Part shown: positions 9,481-19,251 of the stretch, one piece after another
Numbering within the stretch: the stretch's first letter is position 1
How the letters are laid out: each line of letters begins with the position of its first letter
Origin: Candidatus Tayloriibacteriota bacterium
GTDB lineage: Bacteria > Patescibacteriota > Minisyncoccia > Phycocordibacterales > PALSA-1337
DNA: 64,000 nucleotides
Direction: 5' to 3'
Assembly: GCA_037129895.1 (NCBI GenBank)
Contig: JBAXUB010000005.1
Location: 597 to 64,596 of the forward strand
Program-made: the position numbers and the translations under genes
Notes under the pieces: generated by a model
The model's database searches: none
Told to the model about the DNA's origin: nothing
The model's input: the letters and a program-made list of their open reading frames with translations, nothing else

Positions 9481-10957
9481 TGAAATTCATTGGGAAATCA
9501 CCAACATGTGTAATCTGGGGTGCAAACACTGTCTGCCGATGTCTGGTCGTGCACGAGAAAATGAACTTACGACCGAGGAAGCAATGGTTGCTTTGGTGGC
9601 ATTCCAAGCCGCAGGAGCTTCTAGAATCTGCTTAACCGGTGGAGAACCATTCAGTCGCTCAGACATCCTTGATTTGCTTGAAAGATCATTTGCGTTGGGG
9701 TTGAAGTCATCTGTAATAACCAATGCTACATTGCTCCCAAAGGCAACCTTGGAAACGATTAAACGCTTGGGCGTTGATCTTGGAATCAGTCTCGATGGTG
9801 CAGACCAAGCAACCAATGACGCCATTCGTGGTGATGGAAGCTACAAATGTATCATTGAGACTCTCATACAATGCCGGGCGTTGGGCATTTCAACAACTCT
9901 CTACGTCACGGTTTCAGCAATCAACATCGAACATCTGAATGCGTTCGCCAAGCTCGCAGTCGAGTATGGTTGTAATAGTATTCATTTCAACGAGATAACT
10001 ATTTCCGGTCGTGCCTATCATTTTTCGGATGAACTTAAACTCTCCGAAGATCAGAAAAAGCATTTGCCAGAAATGGTTGTCAAAATAGCCTCCGATATAT
10101 TCGGGGAAATTCTCTCTGATGCAGACGAGCATTGCTGGGTCGATGGTGTGACACTCAACATGACGGCCGACGGAAACCTCTATGTTTGCAGTGAAGTTTT
10201 CCAACGCCGGCCCGATCTTGCAATCGGCAATATTAGATCGTTTGTGTTCGAAACATTGTTGGAGCAAACCGCTTCGGCTTATTCTGGACATGAATATAAA
10301 TGTTGCTACAGTGTGTGTGCGAGCAAACATGTGATATTTGTCGGAAACATAGCCACTGGGTGTGCGTTTGCAAAGCAGAAACCATTCATCGAAACTCTTC
10401 CGCAACTATACGACGTTCTCGGTGAACTTTATCCGAGGATGGAGCTGGATTGCCGTGAATGTTCTGATCCTGATTGTATGGGTTATGTGTGGCTACTCAA
10501 AAAAGAAGCTGCACATCTGTACGAACAAGGTGTTCCGCTTGTTCAAGTGAATAATGGGCCAACCTTTATTCATTCGTTTCCCGTGACTGCGCAAGGGGTG
10601 CCCGATTTATCAATTCGGTATCCTCCATGCAGTCAGTTGTGTACAGACAGTAGAAGATGTAGTATCTACAAAGATCGTCCTTTGGCATGTCGTCTTTACC
10701 CGCTTGGGCTTGAGACAGAAGCAGACGGAACGATTGTATGGGCACTACATCTGGATTGTCTGCATGTTCGAAGACTGGAAGAGCGCGGTTTGCTTCCAGA
10801 ACTCGAATGTCGTGTTCTGAAAATCATCGACGAGATTTCGCCGAAATTGTTGGAAGAAATAGTCGAGACTTATCGCGCAGTCGATGCGATTTCTTCTTTC
10901 CCTGACGGTGATAACAAGTACAAACCCCTACGAAAGGTGAGTTATGTCAAAATGTAA
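9470..10957 (+). CDS. Radical SAM protein fused to a C-terminal Cys-cluster (YkgJ/CxxCxxCC-like) domain
   Basis: CNLGCKHC; TGGEP; SLDG; C-terminal 'CRECSDPDC...CSQL...RCSIYKDRPLACRLYP'; overlaps the upstream gene and has an AGGAGG RBS. Confidence 0.85.
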   Translation: MQLSEIHWEITNMCNLGCKHCLPMSGRARENELTTEEAMVALVAFQAAGASRICLTGGEPFSRSDILDLLERSFALGLKSSVITNATLLPKATLETIKRLGVDLGISLDGADQATNDAIRGDGSYKCIIETLIQCRALGISTTLYVTVSAINIEHLNAFAKLAVEYGCNSIHFNEITISGRAYHFSDELKLSEDQKKHLPEMVVKIASDIFGEILSDADEHCWVDGVTLNMTADGNLYVCSEVFQRRPDLAIGNIRSFVFETLLEQTASAYSGHEYKCCYSVCASKHVIFVGNIATGCAFAKQKPFIETLPQLYDVLGELYPRMELDCRECSDPDCMGYVWLLKKEAAHLYEQGVPLVQVNNGPTFIHSFPVTAQGVPDLSIRYPPCSQLCTDSRRCSIYKDRPLACRLYPLGLETEADGTIVWALHLDCLHVRRLEERGLLPELECRVLKIIDEISPKLLEEIVETYRAVDAISSFPDGDNKYKPLRKVSYVKM

Positions 10958-11099
10958 AGCAGTTCTTGACGGTGACAAGATCACCGAAATCTGTGTCAAG
11001 ACAAAACCGGTCAAGAAAGCTGAGAAACGAGAGTTGAAAGATTCGAATGTTGTCGAAGCAAAACCGACCGATTCGTCCCGGCAACAGACTGGAACATAG
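10944..11099 (+). CDS. 51-aa peptide MSKCKAVLDGDKITEICVKTKPVKKAEKRELKDSNVVEAKPTDSSRQQTGT, candidate RiPP precursor (missing from the ORF track)
   Basis: AAGGTGA RBS; overlaps the rSAM2 stop; followed directly by a terminator. Confidence 0.7.
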   Translation: MSKCKAVLDGDKITEICVKTKPVKKAEKRELKDSNVVEAKPTDSSRQQTGT

Positions 11100-11122
11100 A
11101 TGTGACAGATCTTGTGTTCACG

Positions 11123-11151
11123 AGTGGCATTCATAGGAGTGCCACTTTTTT
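11123..11151 (+). terminator. Rho-independent terminator of the radical SAM operon
   Basis: agtggca...tgccact stem followed by a T-run. Confidence 0.75.
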
Positions 11152-11181
11152 ATTATCCAAATAAGTTATACTATAGACAAC

Positions 11182-11739
11182 ATGACAGGTATTGAAAAAT
11201 ATTCGTCAGATTGGTCAAAGAAATATAAGCTTGAATCAGAAAAGATTAGAGCTGTCTTGGGTGATGTCGTAAAAGACATCCAACATATCGGAAGTACCTC
11301 CATTCCTAGAATGTTCGCAAAGCCATTGATAGATATTGGTGTCTTAGTGAACATAATCGATGATATAGATTTTTTTGTACAAAAACTTGAGAATTTAGAA
11401 TATTCATATAAACCGGATATGTCATCCGCGGAACGAATCTTTTTTCGAAAGGGCGATCCTGTGGAGTATCATTTGTCCATAGCCTGTCCGAGACATACCT
11501 TCTGGAAACGGCAGATTGATTTTAGGGATTATTTGAGAGAGCACCCTGAATTTGTCGAGGAATATAACGCACTTAAGCTAAAGAATCTAAAAATTACCCC
11601 TGAAGAGGATCTTTCCGATCTATCAAGAAGTAAAATATATAACCAAGGCAAGGAAGATTTTGTAAATAGGGTCCTAAAATTGGCAGAAAACGAGAATATT
11701 CACAAAATATCAGATTCTTCACAGATAATCGTTAAATAA
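11182..11739 (+). CDS. GrpB/UPF0157 family nucleotidyltransferase-fold protein
   Basis: 'IQHIGSTSIP...AKPLIDI...FRDYLREHP...Y..LK...Y..GK'. Confidence 0.9.
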   Translation: MTGIEKYSSDWSKKYKLESEKIRAVLGDVVKDIQHIGSTSIPRMFAKPLIDIGVLVNIIDDIDFFVQKLENLEYSYKPDMSSAERIFFRKGDPVEYHLSIACPRHTFWKRQIDFRDYLREHPEFVEEYNALKLKNLKITPEEDLSDLSRSKIYNQGKEDFVNRVLKLAENENIHKISDSSQIIVK

Positions 11740-11788
11740 TCAATAGACGATTTAATTCCATTCGGACATCGTCCCAAGCTCCCCGCAA
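11732..11788 (-). mobile_element. attR-like junction repeating the tRNA-fMet 3' end (CCCCGCAA)
   Basis: 8-bp repeat of 7646-7653; minus strand reads LRGAWDDVRMELNRLLII*, an integrase-tail-like frame of the same 18-aa length as the others. Confidence 0.55.
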
Positions 11789-11865
11789 AAATTGCCAAAT
11801 TGGCAAGATTCAACCTCTAGAAAATACCGCAGAATCATGCGGTATTTTCGTTTTCCATTCAAATA

Positions 11866-12186
11866 GTGATTCCTGCTCAAGACGATGAAGACACGGCAAG
11901 ATTTGCCGCTTTGAGCGAAACAGAAAAGAAAGCGCTCATATTCATTGAAAAAGAGTCCTTATACTACAGATCACCGTCAGTGCGAGTGCTAGCAAATCAT
12001 GTTGGCCTCAAGTCATCACGATCTGGTGTGAGGATAATTAGAAAGTTGGTTGCGGATGGTTTTGTGGTGAAGAATAAGCGAGGTGAGCTCAAGTGTAGTG
12101 AAAGAGGGTATGGTGTTATGTGTATTTATAAAAAACAGCGCAGAGGGTTTTCCTCTGCGCCGATGAGCTGCCAATGTTGCATTTAA
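11866..12186 (+). CDS. LexA-like N-terminal winged-helix DNA-binding protein (no peptidase domain)
   Basis: 'LSETEKKALIFI...SPSVRVLANHVGLKSS...IRKLVADGFV' resembles the LexA DNA-binding domain; boundaries uncertain. Confidence 0.55.
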   Translation: MIPAQDDEDTARFAALSETEKKALIFIEKESLYYRSPSVRVLANHVGLKSSRSGVRIIRKLVADGFVVKNKRGELKCSERGYGVMCIYKKQRRGFSSAPMSCQCCI

Positions 12187-12443
12187 TCGCAAACACTCAC
12201 TGATTTTGCTGATTCCTCTTGGAAGTAAGGTTCTACTGCTCGCAGTGGCCCAGCAAGAATTCTTCTGAAGAAGGATCTAGACGGTGGGGGATTGCCACTC
12301 ATGTGAATTGCGATGATTCCTAAGTCGTTTACTGGGACTTTGTATGAGTCGGGTCCGAATTGTTCAAGTGACCTTCGACCCTGTCTTATCCGCCTTTTTC
12401 GTGTCATGTATGTTTTCATAATTGATCGTCGATCTACCATCAA
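12183..12443 (-). CDS. Hypothetical protein
   Basis: Coupled to the upstream small peptide; only its SVCD* end remains in copy A. Confidence 0.35.
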   Translation of the reverse strand: MMVDRRSIMKTYMTRKRRIRQGRRSLEQFGPDSYKVPVNDLGIIAIHMSGNPPPSRSFFRRILAGPLRAVEPYFQEESAKSVSVCD

Positions 12444-12613
12444 TGCACAATGAACGTATTTAGCAGTTGAACTACTACTTTGACGAGCAACAGTGCTGCT
12501 ACCGTCGTCATAATACCGATGACAAAGCCAACTTTCTGACCTCCGTCAAATGCATGCTGACGGTTGATTAGTTCCTGGTCATCGCCAGTGGTTTGAATGC
12601 AGTTATCTTCCAT
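12440..12613 (-). CDS. Small single-TM peptide, 57 aa (MEDNCIQTTGDDQELINRQHAF...)
   Basis: Paralog of 7289..7450 with conservative substitutions and the same RBS. Confidence 0.65.
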   Translation of the reverse strand: MEDNCIQTTGDDQELINRQHAFDGGQKVGFVIGIMTTVAALLLVKVVVQLLNTFIVH

Positions 12614-12739
12614 AAGTACTCCAAGTTGTTAATATTGCTGTGGTTTCTGGCCTCTAACTATATATTACGCGCTTTATATGTTAATGCAAGAACACAACAG
12701 GCACTTGTCTTTGAGTTGTAGGAGGTATATAGTTGTTAT

Positions 12740-12943
12740 ATGGAATTAGTAAAAGCCCCAAATCTAGGTCTTCTTACCAAAGCTCATGAGAACAAATGGG
12801 TGGCTTTTTCGATGGATTATCAGAAATTATTGGCTGTTGCCACCTCGCTTGTAGAATTGACAAAGAATCTCGGGAAAAGAGAGGGGATCGTCATGCGCGT
12901 ACTTCCTGCTGACGTTGGCTATGCCCCAAGTCTTCGTTCATGA
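12740..12943 (+). CDS. DUF5678-like small protein
   Basis: 'ENKWVAFS.D...LLAVA' pattern; coupled to an aspartyl protease gene. Confidence 0.65.
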   Translation: MELVKAPNLGLLTKAHENKWVAFSMDYQKLLAVATSLVELTKNLGKREGIVMRVLPADVGYAPSLRS

Positions 12944-13362
12944 AGTTTCAGTATACGACAACAGTTGCTACGAATACTAAGGGCAAGTTGACAAAGCGTC
13001 CCCTTGTTGAGTTGGAGTTGGTCGGTAATGGCCAGACCATTCACGCATTGGGCCTCATTGACTCAGGTGCCGACACGACCATGATGAATCTGGAATATGC
13101 ACGCGTTCTAGGTATTGATCTTGCAAAAGCAAACAAAAAAGAGTTTCTCGGAATTGGTGGCACTCGAGTGAGCTGCTTTTTATCATCTGTCAGTATGAAG
13201 CTAGTAAATACTGATCACACGTTCATTTCGACCGTTGCCTTTACTGATAGTCCGTCCGTCGATATCTTACTTGGTCAGGAGGACTTTTTTGAATGCTTCA
13301 GGATCAAGTTCGAGAAGGATCATGACGTCTTTGAATTGTCGCCATCACTGCAGAGAAAGTAG
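12940..13362 (+). CDS. Retropepsin-like (clan AA) aspartyl protease
   Basis: 'ALGLIDSGAD' and 'ILLGQEDFF' motifs. Confidence 0.85.
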   Translation: MKFQYTTTVATNTKGKLTKRPLVELELVGNGQTIHALGLIDSGADTTMMNLEYARVLGIDLAKANKKEFLGIGGTRVSCFLSSVSMKLVNTDHTFISTVAFTDSPSVDILLGQEDFFECFRIKFEKDHDVFELSPSLQRK

Positions 13363-13519
13363 AACGTATCAACAAAGGTTGTCATTTCCGACAAAATGTA
13401 CCCCCTTTGTTGTATCAATCGGTTCTTTATGATGACCTTACACTCTATTACAATCAATTCCGCTTACGACCGATCGACTCAATAAACTCTTTCTAAAATT
13501 ATGCTATATTATATACATC

Positions 13520-14560
13520 ATGAATAACCGAAATGTAGGCTTCTATTTCTTCATTGCCGTACTACTAGTCGTATTTGTTGCGACTTTCCTTATCTTTAAG
13601 CCCTTCATCTACCCGATGATCTTGGCGGCAGTTTTTGTAACAATATTCGGCCCAATACATGCCAAGATTTCCAAATTTGTTTTTCGAAGACGGGGCATCG
13701 CAGCATTTCTCTCAACTATCATAGTCCTCATTGTCGTCATCGTCCCAGTTAGCTTCTTGAGTTTCCAGGTATTACAGGAAGTATCCGCCCTATATTCATA
13801 TTATTCTACGAATCAGAGTACAACTGATGTTATAGGGTCGATCAATCATTCAATAGAGAATCTGATCGAAATGTCCCCGATCGATATCAATGTTGTGCCA
13901 GATATGAATAGTTATTTGACTCAAGGCCTCGATTGGCTAGTCGGGCATCTCGGTAGGATATTCCTCAATGTTTCGACGATCCTCATGGACGTATTCATAT
14001 TCCTTGTGGCCCTCTATTATCTATTCAGAGACGGTCACAAATTGAAGCAAGCTATAATAGTTTTTAGCCCTCTCAAAGACAATCATGATGAAGCGATCTT
14101 TTCGAAGCTCGCAGTAGCAGTCAAGTCAATCGTCGGGGGAAGCATCGTTGTGGCCATAGTCCAAGGATTATTGACTGGACTCGGATTAATGATTTTCGGT
14201 GTGCCGAATCCAGTACTCTGGGGTAGTGTGGCAGCGATCGCCGCATTGGTTCCAACACTCGGAACTTCTCTGATTATAGTTCCTGCTATTATATATCTAT
14301 TATTTACTGGTCAAATCTTGTATGCATTTGGACTCCTCATATGGGGTATGACAGCGGTTGGTCTCATTGATAATTATCTGGGACCAAAACTCGTCGGACG
14401 TGGCATAGATACACATCCTTTACTAATACTTCTATCAGTTATCGGCGGTATTGCATTGTTCGGTCCACTCGGATTCATCTTGGGACCACTAGTGCTCAGT
14501 TTATTGAACGCTCTTCTCGATATTTACTCGACCATTCAGAAGGAGAATGGGGTGTATTGA
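13520..14560 (+). CDS. AI-2E family transporter
   Basis: Multi-TM; 'DNYLGPKLVG...HPLLILLSVIGG..LFGPLGFILGP'. Confidence 0.92.
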   Translation: MNNRNVGFYFFIAVLLVVFVATFLIFKPFIYPMILAAVFVTIFGPIHAKISKFVFRRRGIAAFLSTIIVLIVVIVPVSFLSFQVLQEVSALYSYYSTNQSTTDVIGSINHSIENLIEMSPIDINVVPDMNSYLTQGLDWLVGHLGRIFLNVSTILMDVFIFLVALYYLFRDGHKLKQAIIVFSPLKDNHDEAIFSKLAVAVKSIVGGSIVVAIVQGLLTGLGLMIFGVPNPVLWGSVAAIAALVPTLGTSLIIVPAIIYLLFTGQILYAFGLLIWGMTAVGLIDNYLGPKLVGRGIDTHPLLILLSVIGGIALFGPLGFILGPLVLSLLNALLDIYSTIQKENGVY

Positions 14561-14562
14561 TT

Positions 14563-14790
14563 ATGTCCAAAACCATTCATATCCGTGTATCTGCTGGTGC
14601 AAGAGTTGAAAAAGTTGAAGTAATGCCAGACGGTATCCTCAAAGTCCGGGTCAATGCTCCTCCAGAAAGGGGTAAAGCTAATGAAAGGGTCGTGGAACTC
14701 TTGGCCGAGTATTTCAAGCTGTCAAAAGCGAGAATCGCCATCATTCGTGGCCATACGAATAGGGAAAAGGTTGTTTTGGTAGAGGAATAG
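14563..14790 (+). CDS. DUF167/YggU family protein
   Basis: 'LKVRVNAPPERGKANE...LAEYF...IIRGHTNREK'. Confidence 0.9.
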   Translation: MSKTIHIRVSAGARVEKVEVMPDGILKVRVNAPPERGKANERVVELLAEYFKLSKARIAIIRGHTNREKVVLVEE

Positions 14791-14901
14791 TGGGAGTAAT
14801 TGATTTTTAAATCTATGGAATTTCATAGTATTAGAGAATTCTAACATGGAATATTTATGTTGTGAGCTATACAGAAGTTTTTGGTTTGATAAAATTGTGG
14901 C

Positions 14902-15577
14902 ATGTCAAAAGCCATAAGTATTCAAAACATTAATATAAGTGTGAAAACTTCTAAAGTCGGAGATGATTATATTTGCCTGACTGATATGGCACGTTTTCAA
15001 AACCCTAAGGAACCAAAAGACGTAGTGAAAAATTGGATGCGAAGTATATACACGTTAGATTTCTTGAGCATTTGGGAAAAAATTAATAACCCAGGATTCA
15101 AAGGGATCGAATTCGACCACTTTAGAAGTAGAGCAGGCACAAATTCCTTTACTATGTCTCCTGAGAAGTGGATAAATGGCGTAAATGCTATAGGGATAAA
15201 ATCAACTAGAGGAAATACTGGCGGTACGTATGCTCATAAAGATATAGCTTTTGAATTTGCAACGTGGTTATCACCAGAATTCAAGCTATATTTAATTAAT
15301 GATCATTTATGCAGATGAGGCAGATGTATTGAATGTGGCACTATTTGGTATAACAGCTAGAGAATGGAGGGCTAAAAACCCAGATAAGGTTGGCAATATT
15401 CGGGATTATTCATCAATTGAACAATTATTAGTTCTGGCAAATATGGAAAGTATAAATGCTGAGTTTATCCGTATGGGCTTACACCAGAAAGACCGGTTAT
15501 TGAGACTGAATCAGACTGCTATAGTTCAGATAAAGTCACTTATGACTAGTATCGGTTTGAAAAAAGTTGGTCAATGA
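14902..15577 (+). pseudogene. KilA-N domain protein split by an internal deletion plus frameshift near 15298
   Basis: KilA-N 'DDYICLTDMA...GGTYAHKDIAFEFATWLSPEFKLYLI' continues out of frame as 'IIYADEADVLNVALFG..AREWR..NP...GNIRD'. Confidence 0.75.
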
Positions 15578-15680
15578 GTGTTTTTTTGTAAAAAAGGCCA
15601 TTTATCGCACCAATAGAGTTATACACACCTTCATGTGGATAATGCCACCATATGTTTTGTGATACAATAATGGTAAATAT

Positions 15681-16031
15681 ATGGAAATACCAACACCATT
15701 TACAGAAAATCGTCCGTGGGGCGAAGAGTTGTGGTTGACGAAATCTACACCTTCAATGGTGAAGATCATAACTGTGAATCCGGGTGAATGTTGCAGTCTG
15801 CAATATCATCACAATCGAGATGAATTCTGGCGTGTATTATCAGGTAATGGTGTAGTTGAAATAGGTGATCTAAAAATGGAAACAAAACTCGGCGATAATC
15901 ATTTCGTACCAAGAGAGACCAAACATAGATTTACTGGTGGTAGTCAACCGCTCACTCTTCTAGAGATCACTTATGGACAGTTCGATGAAAATGATATTGT
16001 GCGCCTAGAGGACAAATATGGTCGTATATAG
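15681..16031 (+). CDS. Mannose-6-phosphate isomerase type II cupin
   Basis: 'RPWG...SLQYHHNRDEFW...FDENDIVRLEDKYGR'. Confidence 0.9.
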   Translation: MEIPTPFTENRPWGEELWLTKSTPSMVKIITVNPGECCSLQYHHNRDEFWRVLSGNGVVEIGDLKMETKLGDNHFVPRETKHRFTGGSQPLTLLEITYGQFDENDIVRLEDKYGRI

Positions 16032-16051
16032 ATTATAATTATATTAATAGC

Positions 16052-17179
16052 ATGGACATTTATTCATTTCCAATAATTTCACTCTTCTTTGCCGGTTTGG
16101 TGATTTTGGTTTTGATTATATATATTTCAGTCCAACATATTTCTCATACGCGAGACGACTCATTTGAACGTCCACACCATAAACTTTCTCGTCATCACAA
16201 GAATCCAGTATTATCTCCTTTACCATTTTGTGAATGGGAAGCTGGTGGAACATTCAATCCTGCAGCATTTCAGGACGATGAAGGCAAGGTACATTTGTTA
16301 TATAGAGCTATCGGAGCTGACGGTTTGTCACGCGTAGGCTATGCAGGTAGTGGTGATGGTTATAATTTTGCTGGTCGTTCTACGTATCCCGTTTTTGAGC
16401 CGACTCTGGGATATGGTAAACCTGATCCTGCAAAAACCACTGGACCAAAGAAATATGATCCAAGTGTATATACTTCAGGTGGTGGTTGGGGTGGTTCTGA
16501 AGACCCAAGGACAGTGAGGATCGGTGACAGAGTGTATATGTCATATATTGCATTTGAAGGTTGGAATTCTGTACGCATCGCACTTACATCTATTCTTCTT
16601 GATGATCTCAAAAAGAAACGTTGGAATTGGAAACGTCCGCAGATCATTTCACCAGAAGGGCAAGTGGCGAAAAATTGGGTAATCTTTCCGGAAAAGATCG
16701 GTGGCAAGTTTGCCATAATACACAGCATTATTCCTAATATCGGTATAGAATATGTAGAAAATTTGGATAATATTAGTGAGAAGATAAGTAGCCCGAGACT
16801 TCATGGCCCACAACCTGGAAGAAAGAAATTCTGGGACAGTAGAGTACGTGGTGCAGGACCACCACCTCTTCGAACAGATAAAGGTTGGTTACTTCTATAT
16901 CATGCACAGGACGATCGTGAGCCTTCAAAATACAAACTCGGTGCGATGATACTGGATATCAATGACCCCACGAAGATACTGTATCGTTCACCACAACCAA
17001 TACTGACACCTGATATGCATTATGAGAATGATGGAAAACCAGGCATCGTCTATGCATCTGGTGCGGTCATAATAGGTGACAATCTGATGGTATATTATGG
17101 AGGTGGAGACAAACATGTATGTATTGCTGAGACACCACTTCGAGCATTGTTGGATTGGATGATTGAGTATGGTAAGTAA
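16052..17179 (+). CDS. GH130-family glycosidase/mannoside phosphorylase with an N-terminal membrane anchor
   Basis: 'FNPAA...LLYRA...EDPR...KNW..FPEKI...GWLLLYH...YYGGGD'. Confidence 0.88.
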   Translation: MDIYSFPIISLFFAGLVILVLIIYISVQHISHTRDDSFERPHHKLSRHHKNPVLSPLPFCEWEAGGTFNPAAFQDDEGKVHLLYRAIGADGLSRVGYAGSGDGYNFAGRSTYPVFEPTLGYGKPDPAKTTGPKKYDPSVYTSGGGWGGSEDPRTVRIGDRVYMSYIAFEGWNSVRIALTSILLDDLKKKRWNWKRPQIISPEGQVAKNWVIFPEKIGGKFAIIHSIIPNIGIEYVENLDNISEKISSPRLHGPQPGRKKFWDSRVRGAGPPPLRTDKGWLLLYHAQDDREPSKYKLGAMILDINDPTKILYRSPQPILTPDMHYENDGKPGIVYASGAVIIGDNLMVYYGGGDKHVCIAETPLRALLDWMIEYGK

Positions 17180-17269
17180 GCATGAAGTATTAGGGAATAA
17201 GTATCGATACGAATATACGAATTATCTTAATGATACGAATAGGGTTTTTACAAAATTTTAGCTATTACA

Positions 17270-19165
17270 ATGTTTACAATTACCAGATCTGAGAAAAATC
17301 CTATACTCTCGCCAAACGAAGACCATCCATGGGAGTCTAATGCCGTTTTCAACGCGTCTCCGGTTGTACATAAACGAAAGATGTGTCTAGTGTATCGTGC
17401 CATGTCAGGGCCAGACCTCTTGAAGGAGCCGCATATACGAACATCAGTCATCGGACGAGCATTCCAAAGTGGTGGAGAGTACACAGATAGAAAGGTTCTC
17501 GTTAATGCAGATACTGATTTTGATCGATATGGCTGTGAGGATCCTAGAGTGACCAAAATGGATGGTAAATATTATATTTTTTATACAGCGCTTGGCGGTT
17601 ATCCATATTCTGCAGAGAATATTCGCATAGCGGTTGCTGTATCAGATGACCTAGAGACTATCACTGAGAAGCATCTAGTAACAACTTTCAACTCGAAAGG
17701 CATGGCTCTATTCCCAGAAAAGATCGGCGGCAAATATGCAGCACTAGTTACGATCAATACCGATCAACCACCATCACAGATCTGTTATGTCGAGTGCGAC
17801 AAGATCGAGGACTTGTGGTCAGAAACATTCTGGGCTGATTGGTTGAAGAAAGTCGATACAAATAAACTGGATGTGAGACGAAGACCTGATGAGCATATAG
17901 AGTTAGGCGCAGCACCGATCATGACTGACCTCGGTTGGCTCATAGTCTATGCACATATACAGAGGTATGGTCATCCTGATCAGGCTTTTGGTATAGAAGC
18001 TGTGTTACTCGACAAGAAGTATCCGAGGAAAGTGATCGGCCGTACCAAGGGCCCATTCATGATTCCTGAAACGTATTATGAGAGGATCGGTGATGTACCG
18101 AATGTTATATTTCCATCAGGTGTTATGATCCGAAAAGGTAGGCTGGAGATACACTATGGTGCAGCAGATACACATTGTGCGATAGCGACTGTACCTATCG
18201 CGGAATTATTGCGAGCCATGACAGGAGATGACAAGAAAGTCGTCAAGCGTTTTCCAGGTAACCCTATAATTTCACCGAGGAATGGCTATTTCTGGGAGAC
18301 TTTGGGAACTCTGAATTCTGCTGCTATAGATATAGATGAGAAGATATATATCCTGTATCGTGCTGTGTCTGATAGGAATGTCTCGACTATAGGTTGTGCT
18401 ATCTCTCTAGACGGACTCACGATAAAGGAGCGTCTAGATAAGCCAGTGTATTCACCTCGAGAATCTATAGAGACCAATGGTTCTCAAAGTAATTTTGGCT
18501 GTGAAGATCCTCGACTCGTAAGGATCGATGACAAGATATTCATGATCTATACTGCATATGATGGAACAACGCCTAGAGTTGCGGTCACTTCTATAAGTGT
18601 GAAAGATTTTACAGCTAGACGTTTTGCCAACTGGTCGAAGCCAGAGGCGATCACACCAGCCGGTATACCTGACAAAGATGCTGTTATATTGCCAGAGATG
18701 GTCAATGGAAAATATATGGTGATACATCGTGTTAATGAAAGTATATGTGCGGATTTTGTTCCGTCTCTAGATTTTGTTAAAGAGAAAGTAAATAAATGTA
18801 TTGAAATATTGGGCCCTCGTCATGGCATGTGGGACGGTCTCAAGGTGGGTATCTCTACACCGGCGATAAAGACTGACAAGGGGTGGCTGCTCCTATACCA
18901 TGGAGTTTCGTGGAGTTCTATATACCGCGTGGGAGCAATATTACTCGACAAGGATGATCCGACTGTGGTACTCGCTCGTACTTCTGCGCCGATACTGGAA
19001 CCAGAAACAAAATATGAGACACATGGAATAGTATCCAGTGTCGTGTTTCCTTGTGGAACTGTTGTACGGAATGGTCTCATATACATCTATTATGGTGGAG
19101 GAGACAAGATCGTCGGAGTGGCAACTGTGAAATTGACTGATATAATGAAGATGTTGGAAGTCTAG
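17270..19165 (+). CDS. Tandem two-domain GH130-family protein
   Basis: Two copies of the NPI-S-P / GCEDPR / GWL..YH / YGAAD-YGGGD pattern. Confidence 0.88.
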   Translation: MFTITRSEKNPILSPNEDHPWESNAVFNASPVVHKRKMCLVYRAMSGPDLLKEPHIRTSVIGRAFQSGGEYTDRKVLVNADTDFDRYGCEDPRVTKMDGKYYIFYTALGGYPYSAENIRIAVAVSDDLETITEKHLVTTFNSKGMALFPEKIGGKYAALVTINTDQPPSQICYVECDKIEDLWSETFWADWLKKVDTNKLDVRRRPDEHIELGAAPIMTDLGWLIVYAHIQRYGHPDQAFGIEAVLLDKKYPRKVIGRTKGPFMIPETYYERIGDVPNVIFPSGVMIRKGRLEIHYGAADTHCAIATVPIAELLRAMTGDDKKVVKRFPGNPIISPRNGYFWETLGTLNSAAIDIDEKIYILYRAVSDRNVSTIGCAISLDGLTIKERLDKPVYSPRESIETNGSQSNFGCEDPRLVRIDDKIFMIYTAYDGTTPRVAVTSISVKDFTARRFANWSKPEAITPAGIPDKDAVILPEMVNGKYMVIHRVNESICADFVPSLDFVKEKVNKCIEILGPRHGMWDGLKVGISTPAIKTDKGWLLLYHGVSWSSIYRVGAILLDKDDPTVVLARTSAPILEPETKYETHGIVSSVVFPCGTVVRNGLIYIYYGGGDKIVGVATVKLTDIMKMLEV

Positions 19166-19251
19166 GATCGGTAAACAGGGAGAATCAGAAATTAGGTATA
19201 ATCACAGGCGAGGTATTATTCTTAATTCTTGATACTTAATAATACTTACTT

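Larger units (their letters stand above)
11783..12702. repeat. Duplicated module, copy B
   Basis: Matches copy A but carries different inserts. Confidence 0.85.
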
